This document shows positions 34,520 through 46,465 of a stretch of DNA of 48,041 nucleotides, one piece after another. The position numbers and the translations under genes were made by a program. The DNA comes from Octopus bimaculoides (taxonomy: Eukaryota). The DNA is taken from assembly GCF_001194135.2 (NCBI RefSeq), contig NC_068994.1, positions 18,253,705 through 18,301,745 of the forward strand, given 5' to 3'. The notes below the pieces were generated by a model. That model was not told the origin of the DNA, searched no databases, and saw only the letters and a program-made list of their open reading frames with translations. The number at the start of each line of letters is the position of its first letter. Position 1 is the first letter of the stretch.

Positions 34520-34999
34520 CATCATCATCATCATCATCACTTAATGTCTGCTTTCCATACTGGCATGGGTTGGACTGCATTGTTTAAGGTGTCCTTTTCT
34601 TCCTATTTTAAGACGGTAGAATGTGATTTGAAGAAAATTTAACTGCTATTTTTAGCAAGTTGAGTAACCACATAGAAGCTCCTTCGCTAGGTAAATTCAT
34701 AAGTGGGATAACATGATGTGGATGACCAAAGAAATAAAATTTAAAATTTACTTTTCTGGTGTAAGGGGAATAACTCAAACATTTGTTTTCTTTTATTGGT
34801 CCCATTATTTTTAACAGAAACCCTTTTCAAATTCCACAACAGATAGCAGTAACTATAGCTCTTCCCACCACCCCACTTCTTACACTGTGCTGACATGTTT
34901 TGTCAATTATTTTGTCTTGATTCAGTAGACCTATAGTTAAAAGGTGTTCCAGCTGTGTCTATCCCACATATTTTGCAGACAGTGCATCATCACAACTAT

Positions 35000-35150
35000 C
35001 ATCATCATCATTTAACGTCCATTTTCCATGCTGGGATGGGTTGGACTGTTTGATGGGAACTGGTATGGTCAGGGGCTACACCAGGCTCCATTGTCTGCTC
35101 TGGCATGGTTTATATGGCTGGATGTCCTTCTTAACACCAGCCACTCCACA
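35000..35150 (-). mobile_element. Family C repeat
   Basis: (CAT)n TTAACGTCCATTTTCCATGCTGG...GGCTGGATGTCCTTC. Confidence 0.8.
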
Positions 35151-35157
35151 GTGTCAT

Positions 35158-35525
35158 CTTTTATCGTTTACTTGTTTCAGTCATTAGACTGTGGCCATGC
35201 TAGGGCACCACCTTAAAGAACTTTTTAGCTGAATGAATCAACCCCAATACTTTTTTTTTCAAGCCAAGTACTTATTCTATCAATATCTTTTGTTGAACCA
35301 CTAAGTTATGGAGATGTAAACATACCAACACCAGTTGTCAAGTGGTGGTGGAAGAAAAAACACAAAGGCACACACACACACACACACACACAATGGGCTT
35401 CTTTCAGTTTCCATCTATCAAATCCACTGATTATGTTTTGGTCTGCCTGAGGCTATAGTAGAAGGCACTTGCCCAAAGTTCCACACAGTGGAACTGAACC
35501 TGGAACCATGTGGTTGGGAAACAGG
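35158..35525 (-). mobile_element. SINE family B, near full length, CpG-depleted
   Basis: Collinear with 46131-46465, including CACTTGCCCAAAG and GAACTGAACC. Confidence 0.88.
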
Positions 35526-36584
35526 TTCAGCAATTTGGATGTGTGGAAACCAACAGAATAAAACATATTACTTGAAGAAGGTGAAGGTTGGAAGGCATCC
35601 TGCCTTAAGACCCATCTAATATGAAAAAAAAAAAATTAAATTTTATATGTTTGCATCCAGAGATGCATAACCAAAGTCAATCCAAATCCTGTCCTTCACT
35701 TTTCATCTCAATTTTCCCCTTTCGTTTCTGTCAGTAACATAGATATGGTGAAGAAAACAAGAAACAATCATGATCTGGGATGGCCATTAATCATAATTAG
35801 AAGTCAATAATGAAAATGTTCTAATATACTAGTTTGACTATTGTTGTATGCTTGAAGCATTGTTATACAGAAGTAGAAAAAGTAAAGGAAAATAAAGAAA
35901 GCTTCTAACAATGCACCAGCAGTGTGAGAATTGCTGCTGCTGCTGTTAACCCGAATGCTGAGCAGTTTAGAATAAAACAATGGAATCTATGCAATTGGAC
36001 ATTTCTTGGACTGCTTCCTTTTGAGAATAGACCTTTGTACCTGAAATACAACGGTTTTTGTAAAACATCCTGCACTGATAGAAGCTTTCTTTATTTTTCC
36101 TTTTCTTTTTCTACATTAGTTTGATTTTGAGTGAAGATCAACACTTTACATAGAAAACACAAGAGTCTGTGATATAAGTAAGAGCAGCAGAGCATTATAT
36201 TAGAAGAGCAGGTCATCCATCAGTGAGAATCAGAGGCCAAGTTTTCCTCCATATAATCTGAGCCCAAACTGAATATCAGTAAGCATCCAGCTTAGTCTTC
36301 AGCTATTGTTCAACAAACTAATGATGGATCTTGTGATGCTTGTTCAACCTGCTAGGAAAAACCAACTTACTCTTTCACAAATCACAGTCAACCACTGAGG
36401 TGGGGGGGGGGGAGAGAGACTATGGTTAAAACAAAAGTCAGGATGGTTGCGGATAGAATGATCTTGATCTAGGTTCAGTCAATTGAAGCTGACTTAAGTC
36501 TAAACAATTATAATTCCTTTACTCTTCCTGTGTGTTTTTAATACAAATCTCTTTGAGCTGTTTCTCTGAGACAAAATATTGGTT

Positions 36585-36750
36585 TCAAATTTTGGCACAA
36601 GGCCAGCAAGTTCGAGGGTGGGGGCAAGTTGATGACATCAACCCCAGTCCCCAACTAGTACTTATTTTATCAACCTCAGCAGAATTTGAATTCAGAATGT
36701 AAAGATGGGCAAAATACTAAGCAGGTTGCCTGGCATGTTAATGATTCTAG
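36585..36750 (-). mobile_element. SINE family A, internally deleted
   Basis: TTGGTTTCAAATTTTGGCACAAGGCCAGC...ACTTATTTTATC...ATTTGAATTCAGAATG. Confidence 0.78.
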
Positions 36751-37596
36751 TATCTCATTGTCTTATCTATGAGATAAAATATTACAGCCAGTTTGTGTAC
36801 ATATAGTAAATATTATACATATCAGTATTTTAATCTAAGGCTGTTTCAAGTGCATATATTAACTTAAATTTTGCTGATGCACATCATGTCTAGTTTCTTT
36901 GGATTCTATTGTTTCACTAGGGTATTTCTGGTTACTAATTTATATTGGCTCAACAAGAACGATAATCAAAGACTTATTTCCTTGTAGAGTCTGAATTCAG
37001 AACACAGTGATGAAACAAAACTTTTAACACAATTTAACAAAATATTAACAAGTAAGTGTAAAGCTTTCCCATTTCTTAATTTTATTTTTATAAATCTCAA
37101 ATTGAGCTGTAGCCAAAGACTAAGGCAATTCTGCTTTACCGTCACTAATACCCCCCAAGCTTTATTTAATGATGTAATGCTCAGACTCAAGATTGCCAAT
37201 GCTGATATCATCATCCTATTTCGAGTTTTAATCATTCAGCTGAGATACACACATCTACAAACTGTATATCCAGAGCCTGAATTGATAAAATATATTAAGC
37301 CACTTAAGTACATACATACACGTATTCATATAGACAAATTCAAACAGACAGCTACCTATATACACAAATATAATATGATTCATGGAGATTATCATAATCA
37401 GTAACGTTTAGGATTTCAAAAATATTACTATATGAATTTGAAAAAACAAAACAAAAAAAGATCTAAAAAAAATTTTTAAAATAAACATTTGATGATAATG
37501 CTCAATGATGTCATTACTAGAGTGCTACCAGTTACAAGACAAGTAATTTTGGAAGCACACTTTAGCCACCATGGGTAAACAGTGACTATTAAAATA

Positions 37597-37633
<37 letters not shown>

Positions 37634-38661
37634 NNNNNNNNNNNNNNNNNNNNNNNNNNNNNNNNNNNNNNNNNNNNNNNNNNNNNNNNNNNNNNNNNNN
37701 NNNNNNNNNNNNNNNNNNNNNNNNNNNNNNNNNNNNNNNNNNNNNNNNNNNNNNNNNNNNNNNNNNNNNNNNNNNNNNNNNNNNNNNNNNNNNNNNNNNN
37801 NNNNNNNNNNNNNNNNNNNNNNNNNNNNNNNNNNNNNNNNNNNNNNNNNNNNNNNNNNNNNNNNNNNNNNNNNNNNNNNNNNNNNNNNNNNNNNNNNNNN
37901 NNNNNNNNNNNNNNNNNNNNNNNNNNNNNNNNNNNNNNNNNNNNNNNNNNNNNNNNNNNNNNNNNNNAAGAGATAGAGTATGTGTGTGTGTTTGTGTGTG
38001 TATGTGTGTGAAAAAGAGAGATAGAGATAGAGAGAGGATGTGTAAACATGTACCATGTATTTAGCATCTATCAACTACGTAGCCTTTATCCTTTTCCCCA
38101 CCCTGGAACCACCACTTATCAATTTCAGCTTTCCTCTAACCACTCAAAACTTATGTTAACTCTCTCTATATCTTCCTTTTTCCCCCTCTCTCCCCCTTTT
38201 GCTCTATGTGATGTAAAGCACGACGGGAGAAACCAGCCAACTACTCAACAAACATTTCTATCGGCTATTATTATATCATTATCAACATCGTCATCATCTT
38301 CATTATATAACTTATAGTACATAAGAAATTTTTAAAATGCCTCAAACATATACAGAGTTTCCTAGTAGCAATATGCCATTTCAGCATTTAAATGTGTTTT
38401 ATATTAAAATCTGATACACAGAAGAATATCTAATTCAGCGCATACTAATAAAAAAAATAACTTATAAATCATTGACCGAATGATTGCAACAAGAGTATGT
38501 AGCTTCAAAAGTAAAAAAAAAAAGATAAAAGAAAAACATCTGCTCCACTAACTTCTAAATTCTCAGAACTATCTACTTTTGTATATTTTTGTGCCAAGTA
38601 AGAAATAAAAACATTGTACTATTATACTGTATAACATGATTTTTGTCCTTGGAAAAGCAAC

Positions 38662-39066
38662 TGTTATTTCCTATTTGCTTACCCCTAGAATGTATGAAAA
38701 ATGGCTAATATTTCCTTCAAACTTTGCTTTTGTTACATTTATTCAAACCCCAAAGAATCCCTTTCAACACATAGCTATGAGACTCCCCCACTACTCTTGC
38801 TCATGATCAGAGATGCACATATTGTCAGTCACTAAAAGACATGCTCAAGTGGTTATGGTTAAGCAACTGACAAGCAAATCTGTAGTATTGAGCAGAATAT
38901 TTGCTATAACAATATTTCTGATTCAGCAACTCAATACTGAATCTCTGGAATGTAATGGAAAATAGGTCAGTTTCAAAACATTGATGTCCAGGACACAAAA
39001 GCAAAGTTTGAAGGGAATAGTAGTCGTTTCCTTTGATTTTAAGATAGAAGCAAATAGGAAATAACA
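38662..39066. mobile_element. 405-bp non-autonomous element with perfect 19-bp inverted ends
   Basis: TGTTATTTCCTATTTGCTT (38662-38680) and AAGCAAATAGGAAATAACA (39048-39066); no clear TSD. Confidence 0.75.
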
Positions 39067-39231
39067 TTTACTGACTAAAGACAAAATAAATAAATAAATA
39101 AATAGAAATTTGTTACACAGTGTTATATATATGAATATACTTGATATGTGCTAGATTTCATGACTAAGTTCAAATTCAGTATTATACCCACAAACACAAA
39201 GCACATTGCCTCTAGTTTTTGTAGTTGAATA

Positions 39232-39442
39232 ATTGCTTCAAGTTTTGGCACAAGGCCAGTAAATTTTAGGAGACGAGGGTAAATCAATTACATCAACTCC
39301 AATGCTCAACTGGTACTTATTTTATTGACCCTGAAGGGATGAAAGGTAAACTTGACCTTGGTGACATTTGAACTTGGAATACAAAGAACCCAAAGAAATG
39401 CTGCTAAGTATTTTGTCCAGCATGGTAACAATTCTGCCAGGG
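39232..39442 (-). mobile_element. SINE family A
   Basis: Full core and tail alignable to 20912-21135. Confidence 0.85.
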
Positions 39443-39782
39443 CATGATCTTAGTTGAGTGATAAAATTAGATGCCTCTTGTCATTTACTGTCAACTGTTC
39501 AAAACCTTCTCCACCTTCTTCATTGTCCCACTGACGCCGCTGCCGCCACCACCACCACCACCACCACATGGTTTGGAAGCAAGTTTCTTAACCACACAAT
39601 CATGTTTGTGCCTTAGTCTAATTTTTATTTGTCTTACTTTTCTTTATTTTTTCTTGCTAAGAAATTTCACGAAATTGATTTAGGGGTCAAATTTTGGAAA
39701 AAAAGAAAACTTTTTTAAATTGCCTAAGCAGTCTATATGAAATATTCAAATCTGGAGAAATAATTTTAATATTAGTTTATAT

Positions 39783-40002
39783 GAAGATGGCAAGCTGGCA
39801 GAATCACTAACATGCCAGGCAAAATGCTTGGTATTTCGCCCATCTTTACATTCTGAGTTCAAATTCTGTCAAAGTTGACTTTGCTTTCATCCTTTTGGAA
39901 TTGAAAAAAATAAGTACCACTTGAACATTGAGGCTGATGTCATCGATTTACCATCTCCCTCAAAATTGCTGGCCTTGTGCCAAAATTTGAAATCAATATT
40001 AG
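39783..40002 (+). mobile_element. SINE family A, full length
   Basis: GGCAAGCTGGCAGAATC head, GAGTTCAAATTC B box, CTTTCATCCTTTTGG...AAATAAGTACC core, GGCCTTGTGCCAAAATTTGAAA tail. Confidence 0.88.
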
Positions 40003-40354
40003 TATATATGATGTTATGTGGATGATAATTCCCACCACTAGTGCTGTAATGTGCCTTCTTTGATGTTGTAATGAGTTGGACCCAACTATAGTATGCAGTT
40101 ATAAGCATTCTGCAACAATCATCTCCCCTATGAGAATTAAATTTCTAATTTGATATGAACTCTACCTTGGTATCTAGCGTTACCTGTCTACAACAACTTT
40201 TTTATTTTTGTATCCAAGATGTATAATCTATCAACTGACTAATACTTATTTTATCAGTCTTGGAGAGATCATAGTCTAGGTCAATCTTGGCAGGATCTGA
40301 ACAGAGTGCAAGGCCTTTTGCCTAAAGCTCTTCCAATTCCCATATTCAATTAAA

Positions 40355-40576
40355 TAACAATTGTTTCAAATTTTGGCACAAGGTTAGCAATTTTAATGGA
40401 AAGGATTAATTGATTACATTGACCTCAGTAATTAATAAGTACTTCATTTTATTGAGACTGGACAGATGAAATGCAAAATTGACTTAGGTCAGATTTGAAC
40501 ACAGAATGTAAAAAGCCTGAAGAAATATTGCAAGGCGTTTTATATGATGCTGCAATGATTCTACCAATCCACTGCT
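40355..40576 (-). mobile_element. SINE family A, decayed
   Basis: TTTCAAATTTTGGCACAAGG...ATTTGAAC.CAGAATGTAAA. Confidence 0.78.
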
Positions 40577-41442
40577 AGGTGTGTGTGTGTTTCTTATGTG
40601 CATATCCCTCTCTTCCCACCATTACACTGCTTGACAATTGGCGCTGATTTGATTACGTACTTTAACTTAGCAGTTCAGTGAAAGAAACTGACAGAATATA
40701 ATATAAATCTCCATCATATCTGCCATGCTCACATAGCAACAATGTAATCTATCCAAACTTCAAAAATGAGTTCCTGTAGTGTTTTCTTTATCTTTAAACA
40801 CTATAGGCAAGGTGTAAGAAATGACAAATCATAATAACAGATAAACTAACAAAACACACCTACAGGATTTATGGGTAGGGTACAATAGCAGACTACACCC
40901 TGTTTAGTAAGAGACAACACAACAGAACTGCATAAATAATATGGCTAAAAATACTACACAAAACACATTATGAATAGCATGTGTGTGTGTGTGTGTGTGT
41001 GTGCGTGTGCGCATATTGGTAATAGATATATGGGAGAAAATATTCCAGAAGAGGCAACTAGAGCCAGCTGAGTGTTTGGCAAGTGGTAAAGAAATCTAGA
41101 TCCTTGAGTTTGAATACAGGCAAAGGCTGAATCCATATGGAATGGCATGAGTTCCATACTGGTAATATTCTATGGAAAGTACTATGGAATCTAAGAGGGA
41201 AATGAGGTGGGGAGATATGTAAAGAAAGCAATAAAAGGAAAATAAAATTAAAAAAAGTCAAATAATAGCTTTTACTGTTTCTTTGATTTAAAAAAAAAAT
41301 TAAGCATGAAATCAGCAATTTTTTTTTTCAAATAAAAAGTGAATTAATTGTTTAGAGTAAACATATTTGCCACATGTTTGTATATTTTGTAACAATATGG
41401 GAGGGGTGGAAAAAAAGCAAAAAAAAACCAATATGGTCCTTT

Positions 41443-41855
41443 CACTACAAGGTCCAGTCCTTGTGGTGTGGTGTCTTGTGTATCTTAATGACCCTGAGAA
41501 TTATGCCAGTGGAGCACAAGCTCCTGGTGGGGGTCTCACATACTGGACAGGTCAAAGGCTAGAGGAAAGACTAATATGGACCACTTCTTCCCAGAAGTAA
41601 CAATGGCTCTGCATAGCGCCGACACCCTTACCAGGGGAAAAGCCAAGGTACTGAAGCATTAATGACAATTCAAAACAAACAATATCAGGGAAACAAAGGC
41701 CTTTCTGCAGGGAAATGTACAAGGAATATGGAGGCAGACCTAAAAAAAGTAGGGATCCAACTGGATAGAAGCGAAGACAACTCAAGAGTTGAGAACAGTG
41801 CAGAAAAGTTGTCAATGGCCTATGAACAGTAAGGTGTGAAGGGCTTAAGTAAGTA
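41443..41855 (+). mobile_element. Short non-autonomous RTE derivative (5'-UTR-like segment fused to ORF end and (TAAG)n tail)
   Basis: 5' segment GACCCTGAG...GGAGC....GCTCCTGGT...GGACAGGTC...AGACTAA recalled as typical of RTE 5' UTRs; 3' fragments RNMEADLKK, NWIEAKT, RKVVNGL*; tail CTTAAGTAAGTA; degenerate TSD CAATATGGTCCTTT / CAATGATGGTCTTT. Confidence 0.65.
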
Positions 41856-41957
41856 CAATGATGGTCTTTGGAAATATGCATTTTTTTTACTTTCAATAAA
41901 ATAGTCTTGATTAAAAATGCATCCTGTAGCTCTCTCTCTCTCTCTCTTCTCTCTCTG

Positions 41958-41990
<33 letters not shown>

Positions 41991-42745
41991 CACACACTGT
42001 TCAGGAAGCTCTTGCTATGTTTCTTTAGGCATATAGAACAAATATATGTGTGTGTGTGTATATTTATATATATATGTATATATATATATTTATATTTATA
42101 TTCCCAATTGCAATTAGCAATTTCTTGGAAAAAATCCCAAAACAAACCAAATGTGTGTTTGTGAACATGTATTATATACACACACACACACGTATATANN
42201 NNNNNNNNNNNNNNNNNNNNNNNNNNNNNNNNNNNNNNNNNNNNNNNNNNNNNNNNNNNNNNNNNNNNNNNNNNNNNNNNNNNNNNNNNNNNNNNNNNNN
42301 NNNNNNNNNNNNNNNNNNNNNNNNNNNNNNNNNNNNNNNNNNNNNNNNNNNNNNNNNNNNNNNNNNNNNNNNNNNNNNNNNNNNNNNNNNNNNNNNNNNN
42401 NNNNNNNNNNNNNNNNNNNNNNNNNNNNNNNNNNNNNNNNNNNNNNNNNNNNNNNNNNNNNNNNNNNNNNNNNNNNNNNNNNNACACACACACACCTACA
42501 CTAGACCAACTTTCTCACTTTCAATCCAGTCACAACTGTGCCTGTATGTCTCACACACACACATGCACAATTAGCCAAAAAGTTACTCAACACTGGTGTG
42601 ATTATCTATTAGAATTTTATAACAAAAAGACTTAACACAGCAGAAATATTAGCTGAGTTGATTTCTAGAGACTTTTTGCCATTTGAATTTATATTTTACA
42701 CTGCTTTACTGAGATGTATATTAACGGTAAATATGTTTTATAAAC

Positions 42746-42966
42746 TGTGTGGTACCTTGGGCAAATTGTCTTCTACTATAGCCTCAGGCTGACCAAGGCC
42801 TTGTGAGTGAATTTGGTAGATGGAAACTAAAAGAAGCTTGTTGTGTATGTGTGTGTCCTTGTGCCTGTGTTTGTCCACCACCACTGCTTGACAACCAGTG
42901 ATGGTGTATTATGTTCCTGTAAGTTAGTGGTTCAGCAAAAGAGACTGACAATAAGTACCAGGCTTT
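42746..42966 (+). mobile_element. SINE family B, truncated at both ends
   Basis: GTACCTTGGGCAAATTGTCTTCTACTATAGCC...AATAAGTACCAGGC. Confidence 0.88.
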
Positions 42967-43014
42967 TAAATCCACCGGGGTGGATTCATCTGACCAAATT
43001 TCATTTTTCATTTT

Positions 43015-43300
43015 AGCTTGGTATTTATCCTATTGGGCTCTTTTTTTTGCCAAATCACTAAGTTACAGGGATGTAAACACACCAACACCAGTCGTCAAGT
43101 AGTGGTGGAGGACAAACACAGACACACACATATATGTATCTATGACAGGCTTTCAGTTTCCGTCAACCAAATCCACACACAAGCTTTTGGTCTGCCCATG
43201 GCTATAGTAGAAGACACTTGCTCAAGGTTTCACGCAGTGGAACTGAACCTGGTGCCATGCGGTTGTGAAGTAAGCTTCTTACCACACAACCATGCCTCTG
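43015..43300 (-). mobile_element. SINE family B, tail-truncated
   Basis: Reverse complement of the adjacent copy plus the tRNA head (GGAACTGAACC...CTTCTTACCACACAACCATGCC). Confidence 0.88.
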
Positions 43301-43303
43301 CTT

Positions 43304-43345
<42 letters not shown>

Positions 43346-44079
43346 CACATAAAGCTAATGATGTATTTTGCAGAGTGACATGGATTGGATAAGGTTGAAA
43401 ATAACTTGGGTTAGATAGAATGACCTAACTTGTCAGAGAGCAGAAATGACAATCTGTCCGGTGCCAACATTCCTGAATGTGGTTTTATACAATAAATTTT
43501 TCAGCTTTTCAGGAATTACATTTTTGTCATTTCATTTCATTATAAATAAAAATAAAACAAAATGGAGATAGAATTTATGTTGCTTCTCCATCCCACTACA
43601 TTATGTGTTGAAAATAATTTCCAGATGTTATCGACTTCTACGTGGTCGTCCAGCTTGCGAGAAACAGCAAGTAAAATCTCTACCAAATCTCAGACCACTG
43701 TTTTTAGATAAAAGGGAAAAAGGAAAGATACAGTGGATAACGAGATCCTAGATACATTGCTTCTGAAAAATTAAATGAGATGGTCATGGTTGGAATGCTT
43801 TTTGATCATAAATCTATTTGATCTGGACTGACCCAGGGTAAACAATAAACACAAATTTAGGAATTGCTTTAGTTTCTTAACTTTTTGTTAGTAACATTCT
43901 CTTACTGCACCTCCCCCCGTCTAATCCTTAAAAAGGCTTTGTATTGTAATAAAGGGTGATTGATTGAGATTGAGGGAGTTGATAATATGGAGGCAGGGAG
44001 TTGATCAAATACAGAAACAGCAGGAGAAGCAGAGATTTAAAATAACTTAATTCAGGAGTAAATGTGTGTATGCATGTTT

Positions 44080-44368
44080 ATTCATTTACTTGCTTCAGTG
44101 ATTAGACTGTGGCTATGCTGGAGCACCACCTTGAAAAGTTTTTAGTTGAAGGAATCGACCCCAGTACTTACATTTTGTTAAAGCTCAGTACTTAGTCTGT
44201 CGGTCTCTTTTGCCAAACTGCTAAGTTATGGGGAAATGCAAACACACCAACACTGATTGCCAATCAGTGGTGGGAGAGAAAGATTCACACACATACATGA
44301 TGGGCTTCTTTCAGTTTCTGTCTACCAAATCCACTCACAAGGTTTTGGTCAACCCAAAGCTATAGTAG
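44080..44368 (-). mobile_element. SINE family B running into a gap; an opposite-strand family B tail follows at 44392-44520
   Basis: Collinear with 46131-46430. Confidence 0.85.
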
Positions 44369-44672
44369 NNNNNNNNNNNNNNNNNNNNNNNAAAAGAGAC
44401 CAATAGAGTAAGTACCAGTCTGAAAAACTAAGTACTGGGTTTGATTCATTCAACTAAAATTCTTCAAGGGAGTGCCCCAGTATGGCCACAATCAAATGAT
44501 TGAAAGTCTAAATGTTATTTTACTTTTTTTAAATTGAAAGGAAATGCCACAAAATATAAAAATAAAACTATTTCATTTCAATTTGTTATATTCAAATATA
44601 TTTTATTTAATGTAATCAATTGTTGAATGTTGGTATGTGTTCCTAATCAACAACTCTCATCAATCAACATCG

Positions 44673-44704
<32 letters not shown>

Positions 44705-44984
44705 GATATACACAGAACGAAAGGAAATGTAGGTTGTGATGTTTATGTCTGTTTCAAGGGCACTGGTGATGATGCAAGTGAAATAAAATACCTACAACCA
44801 GGAATTACTATTAAGTAACAACAAACTGAAAGCAGCCAGCAGCTTACTTCTATCAGTTGGTATTTGTCATAAAGGTATGGCATAATACTGTAGGTGATTA
44901 TACTTTTATACGCAATACTATAATCATTTTATACACATTAGCACGAACAAATTGAAGTCTATCATTTTGTACTTTGTCGAAGAG

Positions 44985-45135
44985 TCTGAGAGAGAGAGAG
45001 AGAGAGAGGAAAAGAGAGAGAGAGAGAGAGAGAGAGACAAAGGAGGAAAGAGAGAAGGGGGAAGAGAGAGAAAGAAGAAATAGAGAGAAAGGAGGAAGAG
45101 AGAGAAAGGAGGAAAAGAATTAGGGGAGAGAGTGT
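44985..45135. repeat. Polypurine (AG)n-rich tract
   Basis: Direct inspection. Confidence 0.95.
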
Positions 45136-45267
45136 GTGTTTGTGTATATGTGTGTGTAATTAGAAAAGTAAGACAGTTGAGGAAAAGTTAGAATGAATAA
45201 TGTGTATGTGTGTGTGTATGTATGTATGTATGTATGTATGTATGTGTTTATCATTAGTGTTATCTGT

Positions 45268-45700
45268 AAGGTGGCAAGCTGGTAGAACTGTTAGCACACC
45301 TGGCAAAATGCTGAGCAGCAGTTCATCCATCTTAACATTCTGTGTTCAAATTCTGCCAAGGTTGACTTTGCCTTTTATCCTTTCGGGTCAAGTACCAGTC
45401 AAGTACTGGGGTTGGATGTCACTGATTATCCCCCTCCCCACAAATTCTGGGCCTTGTTCCTGTAGTAGAAAGGATTATTAGTGTTGTCAGAAGGATTGTA
45501 GTAACATAAGAAATGGAGATGCCTTACAGTATTTAGATTTAGATCTTTGTTTTGAGTTCAAATCCTACCAAAGTCAACATTACCTTTCATCCTTCCGGTG
45601 CCAATAAAATAAAATACCAGTTGAGTACTGGGTAGATCTATCAACTAACCCTCTCCTTTCATATTTCTTGTCAATGCCATTATGTTAGAAACCATTATTG
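45268..45700 (+). mobile_element. Two consecutive SINE family A copies (45268-45480; about 45520-45700)
   Basis: Heads and B boxes, CCTTTCATCCTT core; tails AGTAGAAAGGATTATT and GTTAGAAACCATTATT. Confidence 0.85.
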
Positions 45701-46130
45701 TTTGCACAGGGGTTGGTCTTTTCCAGTTCTTGTATAATAAAAAAAATATTGAAGGATTAACTAGAGCTAGGGACTCAGAGTTAATCATCATCATTAGCTT
45801 TTTCTCTTTTAATCACCGTCATCACCATCTTCCATATTGGCATGGATTGGACAGTTTGACCAGATCTGATAAGTCCAGAGATTGCATGGTTTCTAGGTTT
45901 GGTTACCCTTTCTAATGCATGCCACTTTACAGAGTGTATTGAGTGCTTTTTTTTCATGGGGCCAGCACTAGTGAGCTAGCCCTTGCAACTAAGTGGAACT
46001 AAAATAGAGAGGGAGGCAGCTTTATGCTAGGTGATGAAAGGTTAGACCAGTGATTCTCAAATGGGGTTCATTTTGTCGTAAAAATTTATCTTCAATAAAT
46101 TGGTTATAATTCAACAATATGCAAAATATA

Positions 46131-46465
46131 CTCTTTACTCTTTTACTTGTTTCAGTCATTTGATTGTGGCCATGCTGGAGCACCGCCTTTAGTCGAGCAA
46201 ATCGACCCCAGGACTTATTCTTTGTAAACCTAGTACTTATTCTATCGGTCTCTTTTTGCCGAACCGCTAAGTTACGGCGATGTAAACACACCAGCATCGG
46301 TTGTCAAGCAATGTTGGGGGGACAGACACACAAACACACACATATACACATATATACGACGGGCTTCTTTCAGTTTCCGTCTACCAAATCCACTCCCAAG
46401 GCTTTGGTCGGCCCGAGGCTATAGTAGAAGACACTTGCCCAAGGTGCCATGCAGTGAGAATGAAC
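46131..46465 (-). mobile_element. Young SINE family B (CORE-like tRNA-derived SINE), head lost in gap
   Basis: Minus strand CACCTTGGGCAAGTGTCTT resembles the CORE domain; CpG-rich; (GAGTAAAA)-type tail. Confidence 0.92.

Noticed and set aside
35900-36050. Possible neur exon after a minus-strand TGTATTTCAG acceptor
   Set aside because: All three frames stop within about 45 codons, none resembles NHR, and there is no clear donor.
36240-36310. Minus-strand CTGAAGA...GAAA motif (similar cases at 4161 + and 5315 -)
   Set aside because: No stem II closing onto GAAA and no stem I or III pairing.
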